64,000 nucleotides of DNA, taken from assembly GCA_963847445.1 (NCBI GenBank), contig CAWJZV010000048.1, positions 32,001-96,000 on the forward strand, in the 5' to 3' direction. Of this stretch, positions 41,390-52,041 are shown piece by piece (position 1 is the stretch's first letter; each line of letters starts with the position of its first letter). The notes under the pieces were generated by a model. That model was not told the origin of the DNA and did no database searches. It saw only the letters and a program-made list of their open reading frames with translations. A program made the translations under genes and the position numbers. Source of the DNA: an uncultured delta proteobacterium. Its GTDB lineage: Bacteria > Desulfobacterota > Binatia > UBA9968.

Positions 41390-43555
41390 TCACCGCCGAT
41401 CGCATCGTCACCGACCACCTGCCCCTACTGCGGCGTCGGCTGCAAGCTCGAACTGCACATCAAGGACGACTACATCTACAAAGTGACCTCGCCCTTCGAC
41501 TCGCGTGGTCAACCACGGCAACCTGTGCGTCAAAGGCCGCTTCGGCTACGACTTCATTTACAACAAGGACCGGGTGACCACGCCGCTGATGCGCAAGACA
41601 GCCGCAGGCGCCCGGCGCGCGCACCCAGGCCTTCGATCGCGACGAGTGGCGCGAGGTCTCCTGGGACGAGGCGCTCGACTACATCGCCGACCGGCTGGTC
41701 GAGATCTACCGGCGCGACGGCGCCGACGCCATGGCCGTCTACTGCTGCGCCAAGGCGACCAACGAGGACAACTACCTGCTGCAGAAGCTGTTCCGCGCGC
41801 TGTTCCGCACCAACAACATCGACCACTGCACCCGCCTGTGCCATGCCGGCTCGGTGGTCGCGCTGCAGATGGCGCTCGGCTCGTCGGCGATGAGCAACAC
41901 CGCCGCCGAGGTGATTCACAACGACGTTTTCATCGTCACCGGCTCGAACACCGCCGAAACCCATCCGATCATCGCCCTGCAAATGAAAGCCGCGGTCGAA
42001 AAACACGGCGCCAAGCTGATCGTCGTCGATCCGCGCCGGATCGAGATGGTCAACTGGGCGACGCTCTGGCTGCCCGAGAAGCCGGGCACCGACGTGCCGC
42101 TCTTTTCCGCCATGGCGCATGTCATCGTCAAGGAGAGGCTCTACAACCAGGAGTTCATCGATCGCCGCACCGAAGGCTTCGCAGGATTTCGCCGAAATCG
42201 ATGGAGAAGTTCACGCCCGAATATGCCGAGGCGATTTCCGGCGTCGACCGCAATCTGATCGTCCAGGCGGCGCGCATGTACGCCGGGGCGAAGAACGCGG
42301 CGATCTATTGGGCGCTGGGCATTCCCGAGCACTCCCACGGCACCGACAACGCCATGTCGCTGATCCATCTGGCGCTGCTCACCGGCCACATCGGCCGCCA
42401 GGGCACCGGGCTGAATCCGCTGCGCGGACAGAACAACGTCCAGGGCGCGTCGGACTGCCGGCGCCATGCCCTGGCACTATCCCGGTTATCAGCGCGTCGA
42501 TGACGAAGCGGCGGCGCGCAAATTCGAGCAAGCCTGGAATATCGAACCCGGCGGGCTCAACCGCAAGCTCGGGCTGACGACCACCGAGATCCTGAGCGCG
42601 GTCGGCCCGGGCGGCGTGCGCGCGCTGTACATCATGGGCGAGAACCCGATGATGTCCGAGCCCAACCTGAATCACACGCGCCACATGATCGAGCAGCTGG
42701 AATTCCTGGTGGCGCAGGATCTGTTCATCAACGAATCCGGCGCCTTTGCCGACGTCTTCCTGCCGGCCGCTTCCTGGGCCGAGAAGGATGGCACCTTCAC
42801 CAACACCGACCGCCGCGTGCAGCGCGTGCGCCAGGCGCTGGCGCCGCGCGGCCAGTCGCGGCCCGATTGGCAGATCATTTGCGATCTGGCCCAGCGCATC
42901 GAGAAGCGCCTCGGCCGCCGCCGAGCCGCCTTCTGGGCCTACCAACGCCCGTCCGAAGTGCTGGAAGAGATGGGGCGCGTCGTGCCTGAATATGCCGGAG
43001 TGAAGTATCCGCGCATCGAGACAGCAGGGCTTGCAGACGCCGGTGTGGGACGACAACCATCCGGGCACGCCCTATCTCTTCGCCGAGAGCTTCCCGCGCG
43101 GCAAGGGCAAGTTTCATCCGCTGGAATACATCCCATCCGTCGAGATGCCGGATGAGGAATACCCGTTCATCCTCACCACCGGCCGCGTGCTCGAACACTG
43201 GCATGGCGGCACGCTGACGCGCCATTCAAAACTCGATGACCTCTATCCCGAGGCGCGCATCGAAATCAATCCCGCCGACGCCGCCCGCCTGAAGCTCGAA
43301 GACGGACAGGCCGTGCGCGTCTCGTCGCGGCGCGGCACCATCGTCCTGCGCGCCTGGGTGACCCAGCGAACCACGGTGGGCGTGGTCTTCATCCCCATGC
43401 ACTTCGCCGAAGCCGCCGCCAACCTGCTCACCATCGACGCCCTCGACCCGCTGGCCAAGATCCCCGAGTACAAAGCCTGCGCCGTGCGCATCGTGCCGGC
43501 GGGAAAAGAAGAGCTGGCGCGGCCCGATGCCAAGGTGGGCAGGGGCCGGTATTGA
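41386..43555 (+). CDS. fdhF: Formate dehydrogenase catalytic subunit (Mo/W-bisPGD, Cys ligand), several indels
   Basis: [54 protein letters not shown] and IPEYKACAV motifs. Confidence 0.92.
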
Positions 43556-43564
43556 ACGTAGCGG

Positions 43565-43591
43565 TAGGGGCGATTCATGAATCGCCCCTAC
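43565..43591. repeat. GTAG-type REP palindrome
   Basis: gtaggggcgattcatgaatcgcccctac, a perfect palindrome after the FDH stop; a degenerate copy lies near 38618. Confidence 0.8.
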
Positions 43592-43876
43592 AACACCGTT
43601 GAAAAGAAAGAACAGAGATCCCGGACAACACGGTTACCCAGCTGGAAAGCCTCAATCCTTGCACGGCTGGCAAATCCTCGAGTCGCGCAATATCGCTCGC
43701 TCACTTGACTTCGTTAGTTGGTCCATTTAGATAAGCGTTTCCGCGGTTCCATAACTTTGGTGCAGGCGAATTCGCCAGTCGCGGCTTGCCGCGCAACACT
43801 CCAAAGCCGAGCCGTTCCGGCGAGAAATCGCGGGCGACGTCTTGAACGCTCTGGCCGCAAACCCTATCGTGTCAGT

Positions 43877-44485
43877 ATGAGTCTTGGAAGTTTTGAGCGC
43901 AGCAGTATCGCGGGATTTCTCATCCTCGTTGCCGCGGTATCGAGCAGCGCCGCGGCGCAGCTTACCAGGGAGCAAGGCGGCAAATTGGCGCTGAAAATTG
44001 ACGGAATCAACAAGAACGCCGCCATTGAGCCGGTCCGATCCAAGACGACGCCGATGTCCGAACTCGAAGTGAATTCCTACTTGGCCTTCAACATCAACGA
44101 CAAGATCCCGCGCGGTCTAGCCAACCCTGAGATTCGCATGGTCGGCGACGGCCAACTCGCCGGCCGCGTTTTCGTCGATATCGACGAGTTCAAGCGGCAC
44201 CGAAGCTCCGGCGGGTTTTTCGATCCGCTGAGCTATATCTCCGGCCAGGTGCCGCTCACCGCGCGCGGCGTCCTGCACACGCGCGGCGGCAAGGGACAGT
44301 TTCAATTGGCCAGCGCCGAAATCCATGGCGTGCCGGTGCCAAAACCGATCGTCCAGGAGCTCGTCAGTTTCTTTTCACGCACGCCGGAAAATCCGCACGG
44401 ATTCAACCTCGACGCGCCGTTCAATTTGCCCGCCAAAATCCGCGAGATCATTGTCAACCCGGGAGAAACTCTTTTGCTGCAATAA
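43877..44485 (+). CDS. Hypothetical exported protein (paralog A)
   Basis: Signal peptide ending AAA-Q; shares motifs with 51073..51733. Confidence 0.75.
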   Translation: MSLGSFERSSIAGFLILVAAVSSSAAAQLTREQGGKLALKIDGINKNAAIEPVRSKTTPMSELEVNSYLAFNINDKIPRGLANPEIRMVGDGQLAGRVFVDIDEFKRHRSSGGFFDPLSYISGQVPLTARGVLHTRGGKGQFQLASAEIHGVPVPKPIVQELVSFFSRTPENPHGFNLDAPFNLPAKIREIIVNPGETLLLQ

Positions 44486-44530
44486 CCTCACGGCTACAGT
44501 TAACGAAATCCATCGATCCGCATCGTGGAG

Positions 44531-45793
44531 CTATTTCTGGTAGCAGCTCTTCACTTCCATTTCCTTGCCCGCGCTTACCACCTGAAACTTATTCCAAAAA
44601 GCTTCGTCTACCTTCTTGAGCTCGGGATTTGGTTTCGCGGCACGGTAACGCCCCAAGGCGCTCGGACCGCCGTTGTAGGCAGAATAAGTCGCCCGCGCTA
44701 GGTTCCCTCCCGGCTGCTTGTCTTCGCTCTTGCGGATGGCATATCGCGTTAAATAGTAGAGCAGTATCTCTCCTCCAGCATTGCCGTTGTATTGAATGTC
44801 GCCACCGAGTTCTTTGATGTCATACACGTTGCGCCAGGTGTTGCGATTAACCTGCATCAAGCCCAAATCCCCGGTCGTAGAGGCGAGTGGTGTTACGTTG
44901 TTTCCCTTCTTGATGAATTGGCGCCAGCAGCTTTCCTGCCACGCGGCAGCAAAAACAATCTGCCGGTAAGTTGCCTGGTATTCCGCGCCAAGCTTGGATT
45001 TCACGGCGAGCCTATCGCTCATCCCCTCTAGCAGTCCCCTAACCTTCATCAGATAAGGGTGCAGTTCACTGCCATCGGGCACCACCCACGGGTTGGGCTT
45101 GCCCGCAGGCGACTCTGCCGCGAACGCGCGACGGTCGAGCCACGAACCAAGGAGCGATGCTTCCCGCTCCTCGGGGAAGAAGCGGCGATCCAACCGACTC
45201 TGCCTGACCCCTGACGCGCCAAATCCAAGCAGTGTGCGAAGACTCGAATCGACGCCGGTTGTATAAGCGAGCGGATCGGCCCCGCCAGTAGGCTGGATAA
45301 TGCGCGCCATGCCCGTTAGAACCTCGGGCGACAAGCTTACTATTCCTGATTGCACACCGGTCGGTCCGGTTGCCGCAAGTTTATCCGCCGCGCCGATAAA
45401 ATTGGCGTATAGGCTCGCGGTCTGCTTGGGTAACACCGGTAACGCCTGGTTCATGATCGGCGACAATCTTTTCCAACCATTCAGGAACAGTTGCGGCACC
45501 GGATCCCCGCCCCTACCCGGGGCAACCGCGCTGGTTAATTCGTATCGTGAATCGAGAAACGCACCTCCTAAGGGATCTTTCAGGTTTTCCGGTAAATCCT
45601 GACCAAACCGCTTCACGACAAAGGTGAAAAATGAGTCCCACTGCCGCCAATCCGCCGATTTCCCGGATAGGCCGGGAATTTGCGGCAGTTGCGGCAACTG
45701 AAACGCCGCAGCTCTTAACGCCTGGGCGTGACTCAGGATAACCAACGTGATGAGCGCGAGAATGCTCGCAGCACGGATCGTAAATAGCCACAT
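44531..45793 (-). CDS. Exported protein with C-terminal lytic transglycosylase (SLT) domain
   Basis: Signal peptide; AAAWQESCW, GDLGLMQVN and SAYNGGP motifs. Confidence 0.8.
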   Translation of the reverse strand: MWLFTIRAASILALITLVILSHAQALRAAAFQLPQLPQIPGLSGKSADWRQWDSFFTFVVKRFGQDLPENLKDPLGGAFLDSRYELTSAVAPGRGGDPVPQLFLNGWKRLSPIMNQALPVLPKQTASLYANFIGAADKLAATGPTGVQSGIVSLSPEVLTGMARIIQPTGGADPLAYTTGVDSSLRTLLGFGASGVRQSRLDRRFFPEEREASLLGSWLDRRAFAAESPAGKPNPWVVPDGSELHPYLMKVRGLLEGMSDRLAVKSKLGAEYQATYRQIVFAAAWQESCWRQFIKKGNNVTPLASTTGDLGLMQVNRNTWRNVYDIKELGGDIQYNGNAGGEILLYYLTRYAIRKSEDKQPGGNLARATYSAYNGGPSALGRYRAAKPNPELKKVDEAFWNKFQVVSAGKEMEVKSCYQK

Positions 45794-46061
45794 ATGTTTC
45801 GTTCGTCGATAATTAAAAGCGACTGACCTCTCCCTACGCGGTGTGCCATGACAACACCCAGCCGCCGACTGTTTACAACGCTTAGCCAATCTTGGTTTCT
45901 TAGACAGGCTAGCATAGCTGAAATAGGTAGTTGTTGGCGGCGCCCTCCTGACAAAGATATGAGTATTGCCAAGCGGCTATACGCAACGGCCTCTACTGTT
46001 TGATGTTCTCGAAGTCTTGCCGATGAAACGTACTAAGCGTCTCAACAAAAATCGAATCGTC

Positions 46062-47141
46062 TCAGCGCAGCTGCCCGCTGCCGGTAATATGGGCAAAAGC
46101 GCTCATCTCGTGGGCGAAGGTCACCGGCGCTGCTTTGCAAACATATTTCGAGGTGATCTGATCGATGCGGGTCACGCCCATGAGCGCCATGTCGACCGTG
46201 ATCTCCTCTTCCAAGAGTTCGAGCACCTTCACCAAACCGTCTTTGCCGCCGGCGCCCAAACCCCAGCCTTGCAGCTTGCCGATGGTCACCGCGTTGGCGC
46301 CCAGCGCCAATGCTTTGACCACGTCGGTGCCGCGGGTCACACCGCCGTCGAGAACGATTTCTGCTTTGCCGCCCACCGCCGCGGCGATCTCCGGCAGCGT
46401 GTCGATGGTGCCCAGTCCATGGTCCAATTGCCGCCCGCCGTGGTTGGAAATGTAAATCACATCGACGCCATGCTCGACGGCGATCTTGGCATCCTCCGCC
46501 GTGGCGATGCCTTTGATGATCAGCGGCATGCCGGCGATTTTTTTGATCGCATCGGCCATTTCCCAAGTGAGCATCGCCTGATAAATCCGCCCGGTCTCGG
46601 TTCTGCGGCTGGGCGGCTGCCAGCGATTGAGCAGCACGCGCTCGCGCCGGCTGTAGTGCGCCGTGTCGACGGTAAGACATAGAGCCATGTAGCCGGCTTG
46701 CTTCACCCGCCCGACGATCTCGGCGCACCAGTCCAGTCCGCCGCGAATATAAAGTTGAAAAATTTTCGGATGGTTGGTGCTCGCGGCGATCTCTTCCAAC
46801 GTCGGTTGCGTCACGGAGCTGACGAAGTTCATCGTGCCGAATTCCGCCGCCGCCTTGGCCACCGCCACGCCGCCTTCCGGCGTGATCGTTTGTAGCGAGC
46901 CGATCGGCGCCATCATCACCGGAATCCGCAGCTTCTGGCCGAGAAAGGTCGTCGACGTGTCGACGTTGGAAACGTCCACCAGCACGCGCGGCCGCAATCC
47001 CAGGCTGTCGAAGCCCAAGCGATTGCGCCGCATGGTCGTCTCCGACTCCGCGCCGCCGGTGAGATAATCCCAAACATCCTGGGGCAGATTGCGGTGCGCC
47101 GCCTGAATAATTTCTTGATTGCTGACGTAGTCGAAGGCCAT
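46062..47141 (-). CDS. FMN-dependent alpha-hydroxy-acid oxidase/dehydrogenase
   Basis: LRPRVL, FQLY, LTVD, IKGI, SNHGGRQLD and DGGVTRGTDVVKA motifs. Confidence 0.93.
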   Translation of the reverse strand: MAFDYVSNQEIIQAAHRNLPQDVWDYLTGGAESETTMRRNRLGFDSLGLRPRVLVDVSNVDTSTTFLGQKLRIPVMMAPIGSLQTITPEGGVAVAKAAAEFGTMNFVSSVTQPTLEEIAASTNHPKIFQLYIRGGLDWCAEIVGRVKQAGYMALCLTVDTAHYSRRERVLLNRWQPPSRRTETGRIYQAMLTWEMADAIKKIAGMPLIIKGIATAEDAKIAVEHGVDVIYISNHGGRQLDHGLGTIDTLPEIAAAVGGKAEIVLDGGVTRGTDVVKALALGANAVTIGKLQGWGLGAGGKDGLVKVLELLEEEITVDMALMGVTRIDQITSKYVCKAAPVTFAHEMSAFAHITGSGQLR

Positions 47142-47295
47142 GGGGAATTCTCCTTTGTTAGAACAAAACTATAGGATCGCTATTAATTGTTGGCGACACT
47201 ATCGAACCGTGCCGCGGCCTGTCAAACCATCAAGCGGATTTCCTCAAAGCAATGCAGTAAGGGAATGATCGCTGACAGCCAACTTTATGCTCCAT

Positions 47296-47362
47296 CGTTA
47301 TTCCCATGAAAACGGGAATCCAGGCCCATCCGCTCCTGGATTTCCGCATTTGCCGGAATGAC
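47296..47362. repeat. dRS3-like palindromic pair (ATTCCC-N8-GGGAAT)
   Basis: attcccatgaaaacgggaatccagg ... cctggatttccgcatttgccggaatgac. Confidence 0.7.
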
Positions 47363-47379
47363 AGAGGCGCTGAAACACG

Positions 47380-47408
47380 AAAAAGGGAGGCATTGCGCCT
47401 CCCCTTTC
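47380..47408 (-). terminator. Intrinsic terminator downstream of ilvD
   Basis: Minus strand gggaggc-gcaat-gcctccc-ttttt. Confidence 0.75.
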
Positions 47409-47414
47409 TTAACG

Positions 47415-47445
47415 TTGAACTTTTGAACCCTTGAACCTTGAACGA
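47415..47445. repeat. TTGAAC-unit repeat, copy 1
   Basis: 31 bp identical to 62616..62646. Confidence 0.85.
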
Positions 47446-47460
47446 GTTACGCTCGCGCTA

Positions 47461-49141
47461 TTACCGCGTCACCGCGCCTTCCGAGGCCGATGAAACCAGT
47501 TTGGCATATTTCGCCATGACGCCGGTCTTGTAACGCGGCTCCGGCGCTTTCCATGTGCTGAGGCGCGACTTGCAGTTCTTGCTGCGGAGATCTCCACGTC
47601 CAAGCGACGCGCCTTGATGTCGAACAGAATCGAATCGCCATCGCGCAGCGCGGCGATGGGGCCGCCGTGGGCGGCTTCCGGCGCAACATGCCCCGCCATC
47701 AGTCCATGCGTCGCGCCCGGAGAAGCGGCCGTCGGTGAGCAACGCGACGGTATCGCCCAAGCCCGCGCCGACGAGCGCCGCGGTGACGCCAAGCATCTCG
47801 CGCATGCCCGGCCCGCCTTTCGGTCCTTCGTAGCGAATCACCACCACGTCGTTGTCTTTGATCTTGCCCGCCTGCACGGCGGCGAAGGCGTCTTCCTCGC
47901 GGTCGAACACGCGCGCAGGCCCGCGATGAATCATTCGCTCATGGCCGGCGACTTTGACGACGCAGCCTTCCGGCGCCAAATTGCCTTTGAGGATCACCAG
48001 ACCGCCGGTGGCTTTGAGCGGATCGTCGACCGCGCGCACCACTTCTTGTCCGGCAGTTTCCTTGGTCATCTCGGCCGCCTCGGCGAGGGTCTTGCCGGTG
48101 ACGGTGATGGTATCGCCATGAATCAATCCGGCATCGATCAAGCGTTTAGCCACCAGTTGAATGCCGCCGGCGTGATAAAGATCGCTGGCGACGAACCGTC
48201 CACCGGGTTTGAGATCGGCGATCAGCGGCGTCCGGTCGCTGATCTTGTCGAAGTCGTCGATGTTCAGTTCCACTCCCGCTTCGCGCGCGATCGCCAGCAG
48301 ATGCAGCACCGCGTTGGTCGATCCGCCGGTGGCCGCCACCGACGCGATGGCGTTTTCTATCGACTTTGCGGGTGAGAATCTTCGACGGTCGCAGATCGCG
48401 CTTGAGTAGATCCATCACCAGCATTACCGGCGTTGAACGCCGCTTGGTCTTTTTCCGCCACTGTCGCCGGGATGCCGTTGCTGCCCATCGGCGAGATGCC
48501 GAGAAATTCCATCACCGTCGACATGGTGTTGGCAGTGAACTGTCCGCCGCAGGCCCCAGCGCCCGGACAGGCGGCATTTTCCACCGCCAGAAAGCTGCTT
48601 CGGCGTCGATGCGCTTGCTGGCGTAGGCGCCCACCGCTTCGAAGACGTCTTGAATGGTCAGATCTTTATCGCCCAAGCGGCCCGGTGCGATGGAACCGCC
48701 GTAGAGCGCCAGGCCGGGAATATCGAGGCGCGCCAGCGCCATGACGACGCCGGGGTTGGTCTTGTCGCAACCGGAGAGGCAAACTAAACCGTCGAAATGA
48801 TTGCCACGCGCGACCAATTCGATCGAGTCGGCGATCACCTCGCGGCTGATCAGCGAGCATTTCATGCCTTCGACGCCCATGCTGATACCGTCGGAGATCG
48901 ATACGGTGTTAAACTCCATCGGCGTGCCACCGGCGGCGCGAATGCCTTCTTTGACCTTAACCGCCAAACGGCGCAGGTGATAATTGCACGGGCCGATTTC
49001 GATCCAGGTATTGGCCACGCCGATGATCGGCCGGCGCAGATCTTCGTCGGAAAAACCCGCCGCCTTGAGCATCGCCCGGGTCGGCGCCCGATCCGGTCCA
49101 TCGGTAATCACCGCGCTGCGCGGCTTCAAACTGTCTGCCAT
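47461..49141 (-). CDS. ilvD: Dihydroxy-acid dehydratase (indels)
   Basis: [43 protein letters not shown] and TDGRFSG motifs. Confidence 0.95.
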
Positions 49142-49185
49142 GAAATTCTCCTAAAGATAAAGAATAATGAGACTGTCAATTAACT

Positions 49186-49420
49186 ATGGCACTTGGTGAT
49201 TTGCAAGCCGACCTGGTCACGGCATGGGATGGCGAGCTGATGGTCGGGATCGCTCACGCTCTGATCGATTTCGGCTACGTCGGCTATCTGGGCGATCTCG
49301 CTGTGCGCACATCGCCCCAGCGGCGCGGCATCGGTATTGAATTGATTCGCCAGACCCGCGCGACCATGAGGCCATCGCCAGCTATCGGTTTCACCCAACA
49401 TGGCAGCGCCTGGACCTGTA
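49186..49420 (+). pseudogene. GNAT acetyltransferase fragment
   Basis: VTAWDGELMVGIAHALIDFGYVGYLGDLAVRTSPQRRGIGIELI retains motif A, but both termini are missing. Confidence 0.6.
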
Positions 49421-49611
49421 TGCCACGATCCCCTACCCGATGCCGATTGATTTGGCGAAATTCGCAAAGGTTCTTTCAGAAACCGCCGCTTTTCGCTAAA
49501 CTGTTGATGAATTTACCGAGCGCGGCGTTGCAACCTAGTCGATCAGGGTCGCTCATCTGAGTAGGAGCAGAACCGGGAGTTGGTGTCAGCTAATCTCGAC
49601 GGGGAAAACAT

Positions 49612-50618
49612 GTGAAGAAATTTACCAGGCAGTATTTTTCAATCCGCGACTACTGACGGCGCTCATCTTAATCGCGCCGCTGCCCGCGCGCGGGCAAAAA
49701 CCAGTGATGATCGGCGTCGCCGGCCCTGCGGTTAATTTAACCTACGCTTACCTGACGCAGGACGCGGGCCTTTGGCGCAAATATGGCGTCGACGCAAGGG
49801 TCGTGCTGTTCGAATCGGGTTCAACCTTGGCCATGGTCGCCCGCACGGGTGAGGTCAGCTTCGCGATCAATTCCGGCCCGACCGTCATCGCTGCTCGGAC
49901 TCAGGGGGCAGACTCCATCATGGTCGCGGCAACGGTCAATACTCTGCCCTACAGCCTGATCACCGCCAAAAGCATTACCAGTTGGAATCAGCTTAAAGGC
50001 AAGAAAGTCGGCATCAGCCGTTTCGGTTCGGGAACCGATACCGCCATACGGCTAGTGGTAAAAAAATTCGGTCTCGACCCAGTGAAGGATCTGGTCATCC
50101 TCCAAGGCGGCACCCAACCGAGCCGTTTGCAAGCCGTATTGGCGGGCTCCCTTGACGCTACGCTCGTCTCTCCGCCCCTTAGACTTAACCGCAAAGAAAC
50201 AGGGGCTTCAATATCCTCGTCAACATTGCCGACTTGGGCATCCCCTATCCGCAGCTAGTGATCGAGACCACCGAACGCTTCAACCGTGAACAACCACTGA
50301 TGGTTAAGAATTTCTTGAAGGGCTTCATCGCAGGAATTTTCTACGCCGCCAGCCATAAAGAAGAAACCATGAAGACCATCACCAAGTATCTCAAGACCGA
50401 CGATCCGGAGATTCTTGAGGCGACGCACAAAAGCTTTTTGCAAGTAACCGATTATACGGCGATGCCCAACATCGAAGGCATTCGCAACGCGATGGATGAA
50501 GTCGCGGTCCGCATGCCGGCGGTGAAAAACAAAAAGCCCGAGGACTTTGTCGACACCCGGTTTTTAAAGGAACTTGGAGAAGGAAGGCTTCTTCAAACAG
50601 TTTCAAAAGAAGAGCTAA
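49612..50618 (+). CDS. ABC transporter substrate-binding protein (SsuA/NMT1-like), indels
   Basis: GLWRKYGVD, LKGKKVGISRFGSGTD, LDPVKD and PEDFVDTRFL motifs. Confidence 0.88.
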
Positions 50619-51072
50619 TCCAGAGCAAGGGGCGCAGGACTTTGAAACGAGGATACCGACGGTCGGAAGAGCGAATCTAAAACTTGCTCGCTTCGGACTC
50701 GACTTACGAGCGCGGGCGCAACAAGCGCTGCCAGGGCAACTGGGGTGTTTGCAATGCATTTTTCGGCTTGTCGACAAACATGCGCAGGGTATTGACGACA
50801 AAGACGCTGGCCAGCAAACCATAGGTAATAAGATCAAAAATCATGCTGCCTCCCAGTGGCGGAATTTTGCCTACCGACAATTCGGGAGTTTGGGGAGCAA
50901 AACCTAAGCCATCAGTTCGATCTGCGTAAGTGCTCGAATTCGCTGAGATATCGAATTGTTAGGCGGTCCGATATGAGTGAACTTTGGTCAGTTCTGAGCT
51001 CACCGTGGTGCAAAAAACGGCATCGCCGCCGCGGCCGGCGACGTAAACCCTCATGGCGCAAGGCATCGTTAA

Positions 51073-51733
51073 TTGGCAGTTTCGGGAGCGTACGACCCAG
51101 TGATTCATACGATAGACCGCCGCGCTCTTGGCAAAATACTAGGCCACATCGTTCTTGGCGGGATGCTCGCCATTGATCTCGGTTGTTCCGGCGTCGATCA
51201 CAAACCGCGTGCGGTCGACGAGCGCGAGCGTCTCAAAGAAAAAGTCGATCAGGTGATCGCCAACGGCGATCTCAATCCCGTGCCAGCCAAGAGCACTAGC
51301 TTCAGCGAAGCGGAACTCAACACGATTCTTAACGGCAAGATGCTCGATTGGATTCCCAGCGGCATCAGCGACCCGCAATTGCGGCTGCTCGGCAACAACC
51401 GAATTTCCCTGCGCGTCATCGTCGACATCGATGAGTTCAAACGCCGGCGCCGGCGGCCCGGCAGCGCCGGCCCGCTCAATTTTTTCAGCGGCAAGGTGCC
51501 GGCGTTGGTGCGCGGCGATCTCATCACCGGCGACGGCAAGGGGCAGTTTAAATTACAATCGGTCGAAATGAACGGTATTCCACTGCCGCGCGCCCTAGCG
51601 CTAGAACTGCTTTCGACGCACAGCAAAACTAGACGCAATCCCGACGGTTTCGATCTCGAAAAACCATTCGACCTGCCCGCCAGCATTCGCCAGCTACAGA
51701 TCGCTCCCGGCGGAGATCGTCGTCATGCAGTAG
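51073..51733 (+). CDS. Hypothetical exported protein or lipoprotein (paralog B; start uncertain, indel at the C-terminus)
   Basis: Hydrophobic stretch followed by LGC; VDIDEFKR, GKGQF and NPDGFDLEKPFDLPASIR are shared with paralog A. Confidence 0.7.
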
Positions 51734-51894
51734 CCGCGTCATTGACGTTGCGGCAGAATTCCCTTGGCGCAGATTGCCAAAGGAGCGCGGACATTCCTGT
51801 CCGCCCGCGGGTTAATAAAACCCGCGCTCCTATTTAAGTGCGTAGCAGCTTGGAAGTATAAAAGGCGCCTGACCCGTTTCATCGCAACCGGGTC

Positions 51895-51978
51895 GAGGAC
51901 GGAGGATGGTCGACAATAGAGGATAGCGTTTTCGGACCGGTTAATTTCTATCTTCGATCTTCCATCCTCTATCCTCGA
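51895..51978. repeat. Imperfect palindrome with GAGGAT/ATCCTC unit arms
   Basis: gaggacggaggatgg...tagaggatag and ctatcttcgatcttccatcctctatcctcg, between convergent genes. Confidence 0.65.
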
Positions 51979-52041
51979 CGAAAATTTTTTGAACACCTCG
52001 ACCCGAAACGCACGAATGCACGGAACTGGCGCAATGCCAAC

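Noticed and set aside
41820-41850. Selenocysteine in FDH
   Set aside because: The ligand codon is TGC (RLCHA); there is no in-frame TGA.
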